DNA of 22,348 nucleotides, from contig JBFMGU010000178.1 in NCBI GenBank assembly GCA_040752415.1, positions 1 through 22,348 of the forward strand. Direction: 5' to 3'. The stretch is from Myxococcota bacterium (lineage in GTDB: Bacteria > Myxococcota > JACRCW01). The notes beneath the pieces are model-generated. The model searched no databases, was not told the origin of the DNA, and saw only the letters and a program-made list of their open reading frames with translations. Positions 9,342-18,289 of this stretch are shown here, piece after piece. Position 1 is the stretch's first letter; every line of letters begins with the position of its first letter. A program made the translations under genes and the position numbers.

Positions 9342-10289
9342 TCAATCCGCGTCGCTACCACCCGGGCTCTCCGGCGCGCACACCCGGTTCCGACCTTGTC
9401 GCTTGGCCTCATAGAGCTGACGGTCGGCGCGTTCGAACAACGCCTCCAGCGTCTCCGCCGCCCCGTGGGTGGGGACATGCGCCACGCCCACGCTGATCGT
9501 CACGGCGCGGTCGGCCACCTTGAGGTGCGCGGCGGCGTCCTGGCGGAGGCGCTCCGCGGTGGTCAACGTGCCCTCCAGCCCCGTCATGGGCAGCAGCACC
9601 ACGAACTCCTCACCGCCGTAGCGCGCGCACAGGTCCGTCTCCCGCAGGCCGGCGCGGAGCTGCGCGCCCAGCTCCTTGAGGACGCGGTCGCCCTCCAGGT
9701 GGCCGTGCTCGTCGTTGATGGACTTGAACTGGTCCACGTCCGCCACCAGCAGCCCCAGCGGGGAGGCGTAGCGGTTGGCCTTCTTGAGCTCCAGCGTGCC
9801 CAGGCGGTGGAACTCCTGGCGGTTCAGGAGGCCGGTGAGGGTGTCCTGCGCGGCCATCTGCTCCATCTGCGTGGCGTGGGCGCGGAGCTGGTCCTGCAGG
9901 GACTTGATGCGCAGCTGGATGCGCGTGCGTGCCAGAAGCTCCAGCGGCTCCACCGGCGTCACCAGGTAGTCGTTGGCGCCGGCCTCCAGCGCGGCCACCT
10001 TGTCGGTGAGCGTCTCCCGCTTGGTGAGCATGATGATGGGCAGGTCCGCCAGGTTGCTCTTGGCGCGCACGCTGCGCACGAAGGTGCGTCCGTCCATGCG
10101 CGGCATGACCAGGTCGGTGATGACCAGGTCCACGCGCTCCGTAAGGACGTGCTTGAGCGCCACCACGCCGTCCTCCGCCTCCAGCACGCGCTGGCACACC
10201 TTGGCGTCCAGGAGCACCGCGCGCACCATGGCCCGGCGGGACGCCTGGTCATCCGCCACCAACACCGTCACGCCATGCTCCGAGGACAC
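9342..10289 (-). CDS. Response-regulator diguanylate cyclase (REC-GGDEF)
   Basis: REC: VLVADD, DLVITDLVMPRMDG; GGDEF: DTLTGLLNR, DVDQFKSINDEHGH, RETD I-site, RYGGEEF; GGGAGG RBS before GTG 10289. Confidence 0.93.
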   Translation of the reverse strand: MSSEHGVTVLVADDQASRRAMVRAVLLDAKVCQRVLEAEDGVVALKHVLTERVDLVITDLVMPRMDGRTFVRSVRAKSNLADLPIIMLTKRETLTDKVAALEAGANDYLVTPVEPLELLARTRIQLRIKSLQDQLRAHATQMEQMAAQDTLTGLLNRQEFHRLGTLELKKANRYASPLGLLVADVDQFKSINDEHGHLEGDRVLKELGAQLRAGLRETDLCARYGGEEFVVLLPMTGLEGTLTTAERLRQDAAAHLKVADRAVTISVGVAHVPTHGAAETLEALFERADRQLYEAKRQGRNRVCAPESPGGSDAD

Positions 10290-10429
10290 CGAGGGGCCCC
10301 TCCCGCGCAAGACCGCGCACTCTGGCAGGTCCCCGCCACCCTGAAAAGTTCTGCGCTTCCACCCACCTTTGGCTCCCCTTTCCCACCTCCGGTGGATCTG
10401 CTCCAGTGCGCCCCTTGCTTTCTGGCAAG

Positions 10430-10450
10430 TAAGTGTTACAGTGACACTAA
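10430..10450. promoter_or_regulatory. NrtR operator overlapping an extended -10 promoter of pncB
   Basis: TAAGTGTTACAGTGACACTAA is a 21-bp palindrome with the GT-N7-AC core; it contains TG-T-TACAGT (10434-10442), with TTGCTT at 10415-10420; RBS AGGAGG at 10452-10457. Confidence 0.85.
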
Positions 10451-10465
10451 CAGGAGGAACCGACC

Positions 10466-11809
10466 ATGAACCGGGCCATGTTCACCGACCTCTACGCCTT
10501 CACCATGGCGGCGGCGTACGTGCGGGCGGGAATGAGTGAGCGTCGCGTGACGTGTGAGATGTTCACGCGCCGGCTGCCGCGGAACCGGCGTTTCATGGTG
10601 GCCGCGGGGCTGCAGGAGACCCTGGACGCGCTGCGGGAATGGCAGCTCTCCGACGACGACATCCGCTACCTGAAGGACGTCCCCATGCTGCGCGGGGTGA
10701 TGACGCCGGAGGTGGAGGAGCGGCTCCGCCGGCTGCGGTTCACTGGCGACGTGTGGATGATGCCCGAGGGAACGGTGTTCTTCCCGCATGAGCCGGTGAT
10801 GCGCGTGACCGCGCCGGTGTTGGAGGCGCAGATCGTCGAGACGTACCTGCTCAGCGTGTTCAACCAGGCCGCCAGCGTGGCCAGCAAGGGCGCGCGGGTG
10901 ATGCTGGGGGCGCGCGGGAAGCCGGTGGTGGAGTTCGGGATGCGGCGGGTGCACCCGGATGCCGCACTCTCGTCGACGCGCGCGGCGTACCTGGTGGGCC
11001 TCAGCGGCACCTCCAACGTGGTGGCGGGGAAGACCTACGGAATCCCGGTGACGGGGACCATGGCGCACGCGTTCGTGATGGTGCACGAGAGTGAGGAGGC
11101 GGCGTTCCGCGACTTCGTGGCGGCGTATCCTTCGGGCGCCACGCTGCTGGTGGACACCTACGACACGCTGCAGGGCGTGCGGCGGGCCATCCGCGTGGCG
11201 GGCCCGGAGCTGGGCGCGGTGCGCCTGGACAGCGGGGACCTGCTGGAGATGAGCCGCAAGGTGCGCGTCATCCTCGACGAGGCGGGCCGGGAGAGCACGC
11301 GCATCATCGTCAGCGGTGACCTGGATGAGCACAAGGTGGAAGCGCTGGTAGCGGCGAACGCGCCCATTGACGTGTACGCCGTGGGCACGGAGCTGGCGGC
11401 CAGCGCCGACGCGCCGACCCTGGGAGCGGTCTACAAGGTCGTCCACGACCACGAGCAGGATCGCTCCCTGGCCAAGTTCAGCAAGGACAAGGCCACGCAC
11501 GCCGGGGTGCACCAGGTCTTCCGTCGGAAGGACGCGCAGGGGCGGATGGCGGCGGACGTGCTGGGCCTCGACGGGGAGACGCTGCCCGGCCACGAGGCGC
11601 TGCTGCAGCAGGTGATGAAGGACGGCCGGCCCCACGGCACGCAGGCCACGCTCTCCGAGGCGCGGGCCCACTGCGCGGCGCAGCTCCAGGCGCTCCCGGA
11701 GTACCTCAAGGATCTTTCGAACAGGACCACGGATGTCTACCCGGTGACGGCGAGCGATGCCGCAACCGCAGCCACCGAGACCGCACGGCGGCGGTTTGTT
11801 TCCGCCTGA
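10466..11809 (+). CDS. pncB: Nicotinate phosphoribosyltransferase
   Basis: TDLYAFTM, EFGMRR, GTSNV, GTMAHAFV (phospho-His), LLVDTYD, VRLDSGDL, SGDLDE, VGTEL. Confidence 0.95.
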   Translation: MNRAMFTDLYAFTMAAAYVRAGMSERRVTCEMFTRRLPRNRRFMVAAGLQETLDALREWQLSDDDIRYLKDVPMLRGVMTPEVEERLRRLRFTGDVWMMPEGTVFFPHEPVMRVTAPVLEAQIVETYLLSVFNQAASVASKGARVMLGARGKPVVEFGMRRVHPDAALSSTRAAYLVGLSGTSNVVAGKTYGIPVTGTMAHAFVMVHESEEAAFRDFVAAYPSGATLLVDTYDTLQGVRRAIRVAGPELGAVRLDSGDLLEMSRKVRVILDEAGRESTRIIVSGDLDEHKVEALVAANAPIDVYAVGTELAASADAPTLGAVYKVVHDHEQDRSLAKFSKDKATHAGVHQVFRRKDAQGRMAADVLGLDGETLPGHEALLQQVMKDGRPHGTQATLSEARAHCAAQLQALPEYLKDLSNRTTDVYPVTASDAATAATETARRRFVSA

Positions 11810-11821
11810 AGGAGAAGGACC

Positions 11822-12457
11822 ATGAACAAGGTCAACCGCATCTTTGTCGACGTGGATACCCAGGTGGACTTCTGCGAGCCGCAGGGCGCGTTGTTCGTGG
11901 CGGAGGCGCCGGCGGTGATGGAGGCGTGTCGCGCGCTGGTGCGCGTGGCGCAGAAGCGCGGTGAGCTGATCGTCGGGAGCGTAGACAGCCACGCGTTCAA
12001 TGCGTGGGAGTTCAACACCAACGTCACCGACGGAAAGCCCGGCCCGTTTCCCCCGCACTGCGTGAAGGGCACGCCGGGATGGCTGAAGGTGGCGGGCACC
12101 ACGGGAGACAAGGCGTACTTCGTCCCCAACGTGATCCACGACGTGAAACCGCCGCAGGGCACCACCGCGCTGTACTTCGAGAAGGAGGTGTACAGCCTGT
12201 TTGCCAACCCCAACGCGGAGACCACGCTGCGCAAGCTGGCGGCGGAGCGCGGTAGGCCCACCTTCACGGTGTTTGGCGTGGCCACCGACTACTGCGTGAA
12301 GGCGGCGTGCGAGGGCCTGCTCCAGCTGGGCGTGGGGGACGTGGAGCTGGTGACGGACGCGATTGCCGCCGTGGTTCCCGCCGACGGGGAGAAGACCATC
12401 CGGGCGCTGCAGGAGCAGGGCGTGCGGTTGGTGAAGGCCGGCGACGTGGTGGGGTGA
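11822..12457 (+). CDS. pncA: Nicotinamidase (isochorismatase family)
   Basis: VDVDTQVDF, DSH, FPPHCVKGTPG, FEK, GVATDYCV catalytic Cys; directly follows pncB. Confidence 0.9.
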   Translation: MNKVNRIFVDVDTQVDFCEPQGALFVAEAPAVMEACRALVRVAQKRGELIVGSVDSHAFNAWEFNTNVTDGKPGPFPPHCVKGTPGWLKVAGTTGDKAYFVPNVIHDVKPPQGTTALYFEKEVYSLFANPNAETTLRKLAAERGRPTFTVFGVATDYCVKAACEGLLQLGVGDVELVTDAIAAVVPADGEKTIRALQEQGVRLVKAGDVVG

Positions 12458-12496
12458 CTTGCCCGGCGGTGCCCTGTTGGAGCAGGGTCCTCCGCC

Positions 12497-13276
12497 ATGG
12501 CTTCCCCGCCGCGCAAGTCACGACCCGAACCGGTGCCGCCGGAACTTGAGACGGGCGGCACGCAGGCGGAGTTCCTCCAGCGCTACGACGCCGACGCGTA
12601 TGTCCGTCCTTCCGTCACCGTCGACATCGTGCTGTTCACGGTGGTGGAGGGCGCGCTGCGGGTGCTGCTGATCCGACGCAAGAAGCATCCGTTCAAGGAC
12701 GCATGGGCGCTGCCCGGCGGATTCATCCACGCGGATGAGAGCGCGGAGGACGCGGCTCGTCGGGAGCTGGCGGAGGAGGCGGGGATCTCCGACATCTTCC
12801 TGGAACAGCTCTACACGTTCTCCAACCCCGGGCGGGACCCGCGTACCTGGGTGATCAGCGTGGCGTACTACGCGCTGGTGGCCAGTGAGCGCCTGCACCT
12901 GCGCGCCGGCACCGACGCCTCCGACGTGGATTGGTTCCTGTTGAAGGATGGTCGCAGCGGGGTGGAGGTGCACCGCGTGGGCGGCGGTGGTCCGGTGGAG
13001 CTGGCGTTCGACCACGCGGAGATCCTGGCCACGGCGGTGAAGCGCATCCGCGGCAAGCTGGACTACGTGCCCATTGGCTTCCAGCTCCTGCCCGAGCGGT
13101 TCACCCTCAGCGAGCTGCAGACGGTGCACGAGGCGGTGCTGGGCAAGCCGCTGGACAAGCGGAACTTCCGCGCCAAGGTGCAGCGCGACGGCCTGGTGAA
13201 GGCCACCAAGGAGAAGCGCGGCGGCGCGCACCGGCCCGCGCAGCTGTTCCGCTACGTCGACAACAAGCGGGAGTGA
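12497..13276 (+). CDS. nrtR: Nudix-related transcriptional regulator of NAD metabolism (Nudix + winged helix)
   Basis: PSVTVDIV, WALPGGF, RELAEEAG, LEQLYTF, RDPR, LAFDH, FTLSELQ, LDKRNFR, HRPAQLF; in an operon with pncB and pncA. Confidence 0.93.
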   Translation: MASPPRKSRPEPVPPELETGGTQAEFLQRYDADAYVRPSVTVDIVLFTVVEGALRVLLIRRKKHPFKDAWALPGGFIHADESAEDAARRELAEEAGISDIFLEQLYTFSNPGRDPRTWVISVAYYALVASERLHLRAGTDASDVDWFLLKDGRSGVEVHRVGGGGPVELAFDHAEILATAVKRIRGKLDYVPIGFQLLPERFTLSELQTVHEAVLGKPLDKRNFRAKVQRDGLVKATKEKRGGAHRPAQLFRYVDNKRE

Positions 13277-13279
13277 GCC

Positions 13280-13858
13280 TCAGCGCGCGGCCACGGGAGG
13301 ACGGCTGGACAGGTCCTCCTTGAAGTACTTCCCGCACACCAGCGCCACCAGCGCTCCCGACGCCAAGGGCAGCAGCGAGAGCACGCCGGCCATGTGTCCG
13401 AAGATGGGTCGCGCCGACGCCGTCAGGAACTGCTCCGCGTCCCCCACGAAGAACACGCGCGCGTAGCCAATGCCCGTGAACAAGAGGAACAACAGGCCCG
13501 CCGCCGCGACGGGGAACGCGCTGTAGGGCGGATGCATTTTCACGATGGCCCGGCGCACCGCCATGAACCCCAACGACGTGGCCCCGACGAGGAACAACAG
13601 CGTGAGCGCGCTGAGCGGGAAGCGGTACGTCTCGAAGGTGGCGCTGTCGGTGGGGTCCAGCAGGTAGTGGAAGAACCACGACGGGTAGAAGTGGAAGAAC
13701 CAGGCCGCCACCGGACCGCCCACCAGCGTCGTGGCCGCCTGCGCCAGCAGGTAGGGCGGGCCCAGCACCTCGTCACGCGCTTCCAGTCGGCCACGACCCT
13801 GGTAGGCGCACATGCCGCCCACCATGACGTGCCACAACGTCATCAGGAAGAAACCCAT
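13280..13858 (-). CDS. Hypothetical integral membrane protein (about 5 TM)
   Basis: Several hydrophobic segments; starts 6 bp after the ALDH stop; FYPSWFFHYLLDP aromatic loop. Confidence 0.75.
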   Translation of the reverse strand: MGFFLMTLWHVMVGGMCAYQGRGRLEARDEVLGPPYLLAQAATTLVGGPVAAWFFHFYPSWFFHYLLDPTDSATFETYRFPLSALTLLFLVGATSLGFMAVRRAIVKMHPPYSAFPVAAAGLLFLLFTGIGYARVFFVGDAEQFLTASARPIFGHMAGVLSLLPLASGALVALVCGKYFKEDLSSRPPVAAR

Positions 13859-13864
13859 GGCCGC

Positions 13865-15454
13865 TCAGTTCCCGAGCAGGCCCTTGATCTTCTTCCCCAG
13901 ACCCTCGCTGTAGAGGAGCCGGGCCAGCTTGCGCAGCAGGTCGCGCGTCTTGGGGCTGTACGGGTACCACCACAGCTCCTTCTGGCCGAGCAGGAACTTG
14001 TCGTAGTTGACGTGGCGGGCCTCGCAGAAGTCGCGCAGGCCGTCGTCGGAGTGGCTGCGACCGATGCCGCTGGCCTTCACACCCGCCCACGGCGTCTCCA
14101 CCATGGAGAAGCTGGCCAGCACGTCGTTGATCATCACCGTGCCCGCCTCCACCTGCTCCGCAATCTGGCGGCCCTTCTCCACGTCGGTGCTGAACACGTA
14201 GGCCAGCAGGCCCAGGTCGCTGTCGTTGGCCTTCTCAATGGCCTCCTGCTCCGTCTTCACGGGCATGATGGGCATGAGCGGACCAAAGGACTCCTCCCTC
14301 ATCACGCGCATGGAGTGGTTCACGTTGGTCAGCACCACCGGTTTCACGAAACGCGCGCCCGGCTCCGGCATGGACCCCGTCTCCAACTTCGCGCCCTTCG
14401 CCTCGGCGTCGGCCAGCAGCGTGCGGATCTTGTCCACCTGCGGCGGGAACGTGCACGCGCCGATGTCGACGTCACCCGTGGGCTCACCCTGGCGCAGCTC
14501 CTTGGCAATCTGCACCACGCGGTCCTTCAGCTGCGGGTAGACGCGCTCGTCCACGTAGACGCGCTCCACGCTGGCGCAGATCTGACCGTGGTTGCCAAAC
14601 GCGCCCCACGCCAGGGCCCACGCCGTGCGCTCCACGTCGGCATCCGCGCAGACAATGGCCGGCGCCTTCCCGCCGAGCTCCAGCGAGCAGGGAACCAGGT
14701 TGCGACCGCACGCCTCACCCACCTTGCGACCGGTGGCCACGCTCCCGGTGAAGGTCACGTGGTTCACGCCCGCGTCGAGGAGCGCGGCCCCGGTGGCGCC
14801 CCGGCCCGTCACCACTTGCAGCAGGTCGGGGTCGATGCCCGCCTCCACGAACAGGTCGCGGAGCCGCAGCGCGATGAGCGGCGTGACCTCACTGGGCTTC
14901 AGCACCACGCTGTTGCCAGCAATCAGCGCGAACAGCACGCCGCCGAACGGGATGGAGAACGGGAAGTTCCACGGCGAGATGATGCCGGCCACGCCGCGCG
15001 GGACGTAGTGGATGTAGCTGCCGCGGTTCTTGGCGAGGCGGATGGGGATGTGACGGGGCTTGAGCGCCTTGGGGCCGCGGTTGAGGTAGACCTGCAGCAG
15101 CTCCAGCACCACCGTGATTTCCATGGCGTGGGCTTCCTGCAGCGTCTTGCCGTTCTCACGTGTGATGGCCTCGGCAATCTCGTCGGCGTGCTCCAGGATG
15201 AGACCCTTGAGCGGGTAGAGACGCGCGCAGCGCTGCTCGACGGTGAGCGCGCCCCACGCCTTCTGCGCCTTGCGCGCCTTCTCCACCGCGGCCTTGACCT
15301 GGGCCGCATCCATGACGGGAACGCGGCCAATCTCCGCCCCGGTGGCCGGGTTGGTGACGACGATCTCCTCGACCGCGGGCCGGTCCGTGGACACGGGCTG
15401 GGCCGGCGGGATGAAGGGCTTCTGCGACTGGCCGTGGGCTTCCGCGGTGGTCAT
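13865..15454 (-). CDS. NAD(P)-dependent aldehyde dehydrogenase
   Basis: ISPWNFP, KPSE, FTGSVATG, LELGGK (catalytic Glu), GQICASVER (catalytic Cys), EESFGP; GGAG RBS. Confidence 0.95.
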   Translation of the reverse strand: MTTAEAHGQSQKPFIPPAQPVSTDRPAVEEIVVTNPATGAEIGRVPVMDAAQVKAAVEKARKAQKAWGALTVEQRCARLYPLKGLILEHADEIAEAITRENGKTLQEAHAMEITVVLELLQVYLNRGPKALKPRHIPIRLAKNRGSYIHYVPRGVAGIISPWNFPFSIPFGGVLFALIAGNSVVLKPSEVTPLIALRLRDLFVEAGIDPDLLQVVTGRGATGAALLDAGVNHVTFTGSVATGRKVGEACGRNLVPCSLELGGKAPAIVCADADVERTAWALAWGAFGNHGQICASVERVYVDERVYPQLKDRVVQIAKELRQGEPTGDVDIGACTFPPQVDKIRTLLADAEAKGAKLETGSMPEPGARFVKPVVLTNVNHSMRVMREESFGPLMPIMPVKTEQEAIEKANDSDLGLLAYVFSTDVEKGRQIAEQVEAGTVMINDVLASFSMVETPWAGVKASGIGRSHSDDGLRDFCEARHVNYDKFLLGQKELWWYPYSPKTRDLLRKLARLLYSEGLGKKIKGLLGN

Positions 15455-15553
15455 GGATCACTCCGGGAGGAAAGAGGTCGCGGATCTTGGCCTCGCGCAC
15501 GCCCTTCGGCAAGGCCCCTGGACGTCGTCCTGGGCCAGGAGCATGGTCCCGCC

Positions 15554-16198
15554 GTGACCGCCACCCTCGACCACGCGGTGTCCGTGCTGGTGGAGCGCTG
15601 GCAGCGCAGGCTCCTCCCCGCCGACGCGCTCGACGACTGGCGCATCCACCCGGCCACGCTGGTGGCGTTCCTGGACGTGCTGGGTGTGGCTCCCGGCCGC
15701 GTTCTCGACGTGGGAGCGGGGCGGCACCTGACGCTTTCCCGCGCGTTGCGGGACGCGGGTTTCTCCGTCGTCACCGTGGACGTGCAGCCGCCGGAGGGAC
15801 ATCACCAGGGGCTGGGTCCGGTGGTGGCCGGCGCGGCCGCGCTCCCGTTCCCCGACGGGGCATTTCCCCTCGTGGTCAGCCGCCTGTTCCTGGGCGCGCC
15901 CGTCTCCCAGGCCGCCCGCCGCGACGTGGCGCTGGGCCGCGCGAGCTCCCACGAAGAGCGTGCGCGTGAGCTGGAGCATGGGATTCTCGTCGAGCTGGCG
16001 CGGGTGGCGGCGCCGGGCGCGTGGCAGGTCCACCACGTGCTGGAGCGGGTGCTCTTCTCGGACCCACGCGACGCCGGCCTGGAAGTCCACTGGCCCATCC
16101 GTCCCCACGTGCCCACCGCGCCCCCGCCGTGGCGCGACCACCCGGCGGAGGCCCTGCGCTACCACCTCAGCGGCGTGCTGCTGTTGCGCAAGCCCTGA
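15554..16198 (+). CDS. Class I SAM-dependent methyltransferase-like protein
   Basis: Motif I RVLDVGAG, VTVD, LPFPDGAFPLVVS, ELARVAAPGA; the real portion of ORF 13394..16198; start uncertain. Confidence 0.65.
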   Translation: MTATLDHAVSVLVERWQRRLLPADALDDWRIHPATLVAFLDVLGVAPGRVLDVGAGRHLTLSRALRDAGFSVVTVDVQPPEGHHQGLGPVVAGAAALPFPDGAFPLVVSRLFLGAPVSQAARRDVALGRASSHEERARELEHGILVELARVAAPGAWQVHHVLERVLFSDPRDAGLEVHWPIRPHVPTAPPPWRDHPAEALRYHLSGVLLLRKP

Positions 16199-16219
16199 GG
16201 CGTCTCCCATGCTGCGCGC

Positions 16220-16945
16220 ATGAGCCCGGAGCCCGCCCCGGACAAACCCGCCCTCACCGACGAGGGTCGCGCCGCCATCCGTCGGGCGCGCATCCTCATG
16301 CTGCCCATCCGGGTCATGCTGCTGCTGCTCCTTGTCACGCTGCCCGCCGGTGGCGTGGAGGCGGCTTGGGCGGTGGAGGCGCTGCAGCCGTTCCTCGTCG
16401 CGTTCGTCGTCATGATCGCGTTCGAGCGTGCGGGCATCACCGTGGATCCCTCGGCGCCGAGCCAGGACCGCGGCAGCAAGCTGACCCTGGTGGTGGCGGT
16501 GTTCATCTCCGTGCTGCTGGCCGTGCGTGAGCTCTCCCGCGGTCTCCCCGGCGTCCCGGAAGCGCTGCGTCCGACGGAGAGCTGGCTGGTGCGTGGTGCG
16601 GCGCTGGCGTTGGTGGCGTCGGGGCTTGCGCTGCGCCAGTGGGCCATGGCGACGTTGGGACGCTTCTTCACCGACCAGGTGCGCATCTTCGAGGGCCATC
16701 GGATCGTGCGGGAGGGACCGTACCGGTTCGTGCGGCACCCGTCGTACGCGGGGCTGGCGCTCATCATGGTGGGGCTGCCGTTGTCGTCGGGGTCGCTGGT
16801 GGCCACCGCGGTGGGCGTGACGCTGGGCTTCCTCTCGCTGGCGTTCCGCATCCGCGTGGAGGAGGCCGCGCTCAACAAGGCTTTTGGCCCCGCCTACGCT
16901 GAGTACGCCGCCCGGACCGCGCGCCTGGTTCCCGGTCTGCTCTGA
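16220..16945 (+). CDS. Isoprenylcysteine carboxyl methyltransferase (ICMT/PEMT) family membrane protein
   Basis: TLGRFFT, HRIVREGPYRFVRHPSYAG, RIRVEEAAL, FGPAYAEY, RLVPG; multiple TM segments. Confidence 0.88.
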   Translation: MSPEPAPDKPALTDEGRAAIRRARILMLPIRVMLLLLLVTLPAGGVEAAWAVEALQPFLVAFVVMIAFERAGITVDPSAPSQDRGSKLTLVVAVFISVLLAVRELSRGLPGVPEALRPTESWLVRGAALALVASGLALRQWAMATLGRFFTDQVRIFEGHRIVREGPYRFVRHPSYAGLALIMVGLPLSSGSLVATAVGVTLGFLSLAFRIRVEEAALNKAFGPAYAEYAARTARLVPGLL

Positions 16946-17110
16946 CGTTAGCCACCTAACGGGACGCGTCCCCGGACGGCGGGCCACGCCGCAAACCACT
17001 GGAAATGACGCGGCCTGGCACTGGTACGGGGCTTGCGACAGTCGGCGGTTGCGCCTGCGCATCAGCGTCTGTAAGCGGGGCGCCTTTCTGCTCGTCGCGA
17101 GGAGCCTGCT

Positions 17111-18289
17111 GTGAACGTCTGCCGCATCACCCATGGTCTTGTCCTATTGCTGCCGCTTGCTCTTGCCTGCGGCACCTCCACGCCCGGTGAGGGCGGATCG
17201 TCCGAGTCCACGTCGTCGTCCTCGTCTTCGGGTGGCATCCACGAGAACCCCGACGCCGGGAGCAACACCGTCCCCGCTCCAGAGCTCGGCACCGGGGATC
17301 ACTCCGCGGCGTCCGTGACGCTCACGCTGATCGCAGACGAGGATGACGGCCTCAACGTCCCGCGCGACCTGGAGTTCCACCCGCAGCGCCAGGAGGAGCT
17401 GTGGATCGTGAACCGCGCCGACGACAGCACCGTCACCGTCTTCCACCCCGGCACCGACGAACGCAGTGTGGTGAAGAAGGTTGACGCCTACGCGCTGCAC
17501 TTCATGGAGGAGGTGAGCTCCATTGCGTTTGGCGCGCCCAACACGTTTGCCACGTGCCAGGAGTCGACGAACCGGTACAACAACCAGGCTCCGTCGGGGA
17601 ACCTGTTCATGGGGCCGGCGCTGTGGACCGCGGACTTCTCTGTCTACGCCGTGGCGGATCCCATCGGTCTCGGCTCTCACCTGGACATGCTGCACGAGAG
17701 CCCGCTGTGCATGGGCATCGCGTGGGTGGAGGGCAACAAGTACTGGACGTTCGACGGCTACGACAGCGCGCTGGTCCTCTACGACTTCCAGGAGGATCAC
17801 GGCGCCGGCTACGACGATCACAGCGACGGCATCATCCACCGCTACGCCGAGGGTGAGGTGAAGCGCGAGCCCAACGTGCCCAGCCACATGGAGTACGACC
17901 ACGACGAGGGCATGCTCTACGTGGCGGACACCGGCAACAGCCGCATCATCCGCATGGACCCGAGCACCGCCACGCCCGGACAGTCGCTGCCGGCCAAGGA
18001 AGATGGCACGGTGCATCGTCGCTACGACGGCGCCACCATCGAGGTCATCGTCTCCGTCGACAGCGGCCTGCTGGACATGCCCAGCGGTCTGGCCCTGCAC
18101 AACGGCCTCATCTACGTGACCGACCACGGCGACAGCCGCATCAGCGCGTTCAACAAGCAGGGCGAGCGCGTGAACTACCTGGAAACCGGCCTGCCCTCGG
18201 GCTCGCTGATGGGCCTGACCTTTGGTCCCGACGGGAAGATCTACTTCGTGGACGCGGACCAGAACCGCGTGTTCCGAATCGATCCGTGA
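17111..18289 (+). CDS. Lipoprotein with NHL-like beta-propeller
   Basis: GAGGAG RBS; lipobox ALA-C; Ser-rich linker; blades PRDLEFHP, LYVADTGNSRI, PSGLALHNGLIYVTD, MGLTFGPDGKIYFVD. Confidence 0.85.
   Translation: MNVCRITHGLVLLLPLALACGTSTPGEGGSSESTSSSSSSGGIHENPDAGSNTVPAPELGTGDHSAASVTLTLIADEDDGLNVPRDLEFHPQRQEELWIVNRADDSTVTVFHPGTDERSVVKKVDAYALHFMEEVSSIAFGAPNTFATCQESTNRYNNQAPSGNLFMGPALWTADFSVYAVADPIGLGSHLDMLHESPLCMGIAWVEGNKYWTFDGYDSALVLYDFQEDHGAGYDDHSDGIIHRYAEGEVKREPNVPSHMEYDHDEGMLYVADTGNSRIIRMDPSTATPGQSLPAKEDGTVHRRYDGATIEVIVSVDSGLLDMPSGLALHNGLIYVTDHGDSRISAFNKQGERVNYLETGLPSGSLMGLTFGPDGKIYFVDADQNRVFRIDP

Noticed and set aside
7864..12139. Long opposite-strand ORFs (7864..9414, 9396..10469, 10436..12139)
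   Set aside because: These are antisense shadows of well-supported genes, expected from GC3 bias; they show no motifs
13394..15553. 934-aa plus-strand ORF as a large fusion protein
   Set aside because: It is the antisense shadow of the ALDH and membrane genes; only the part from about 15554 has methyltransferase motifs
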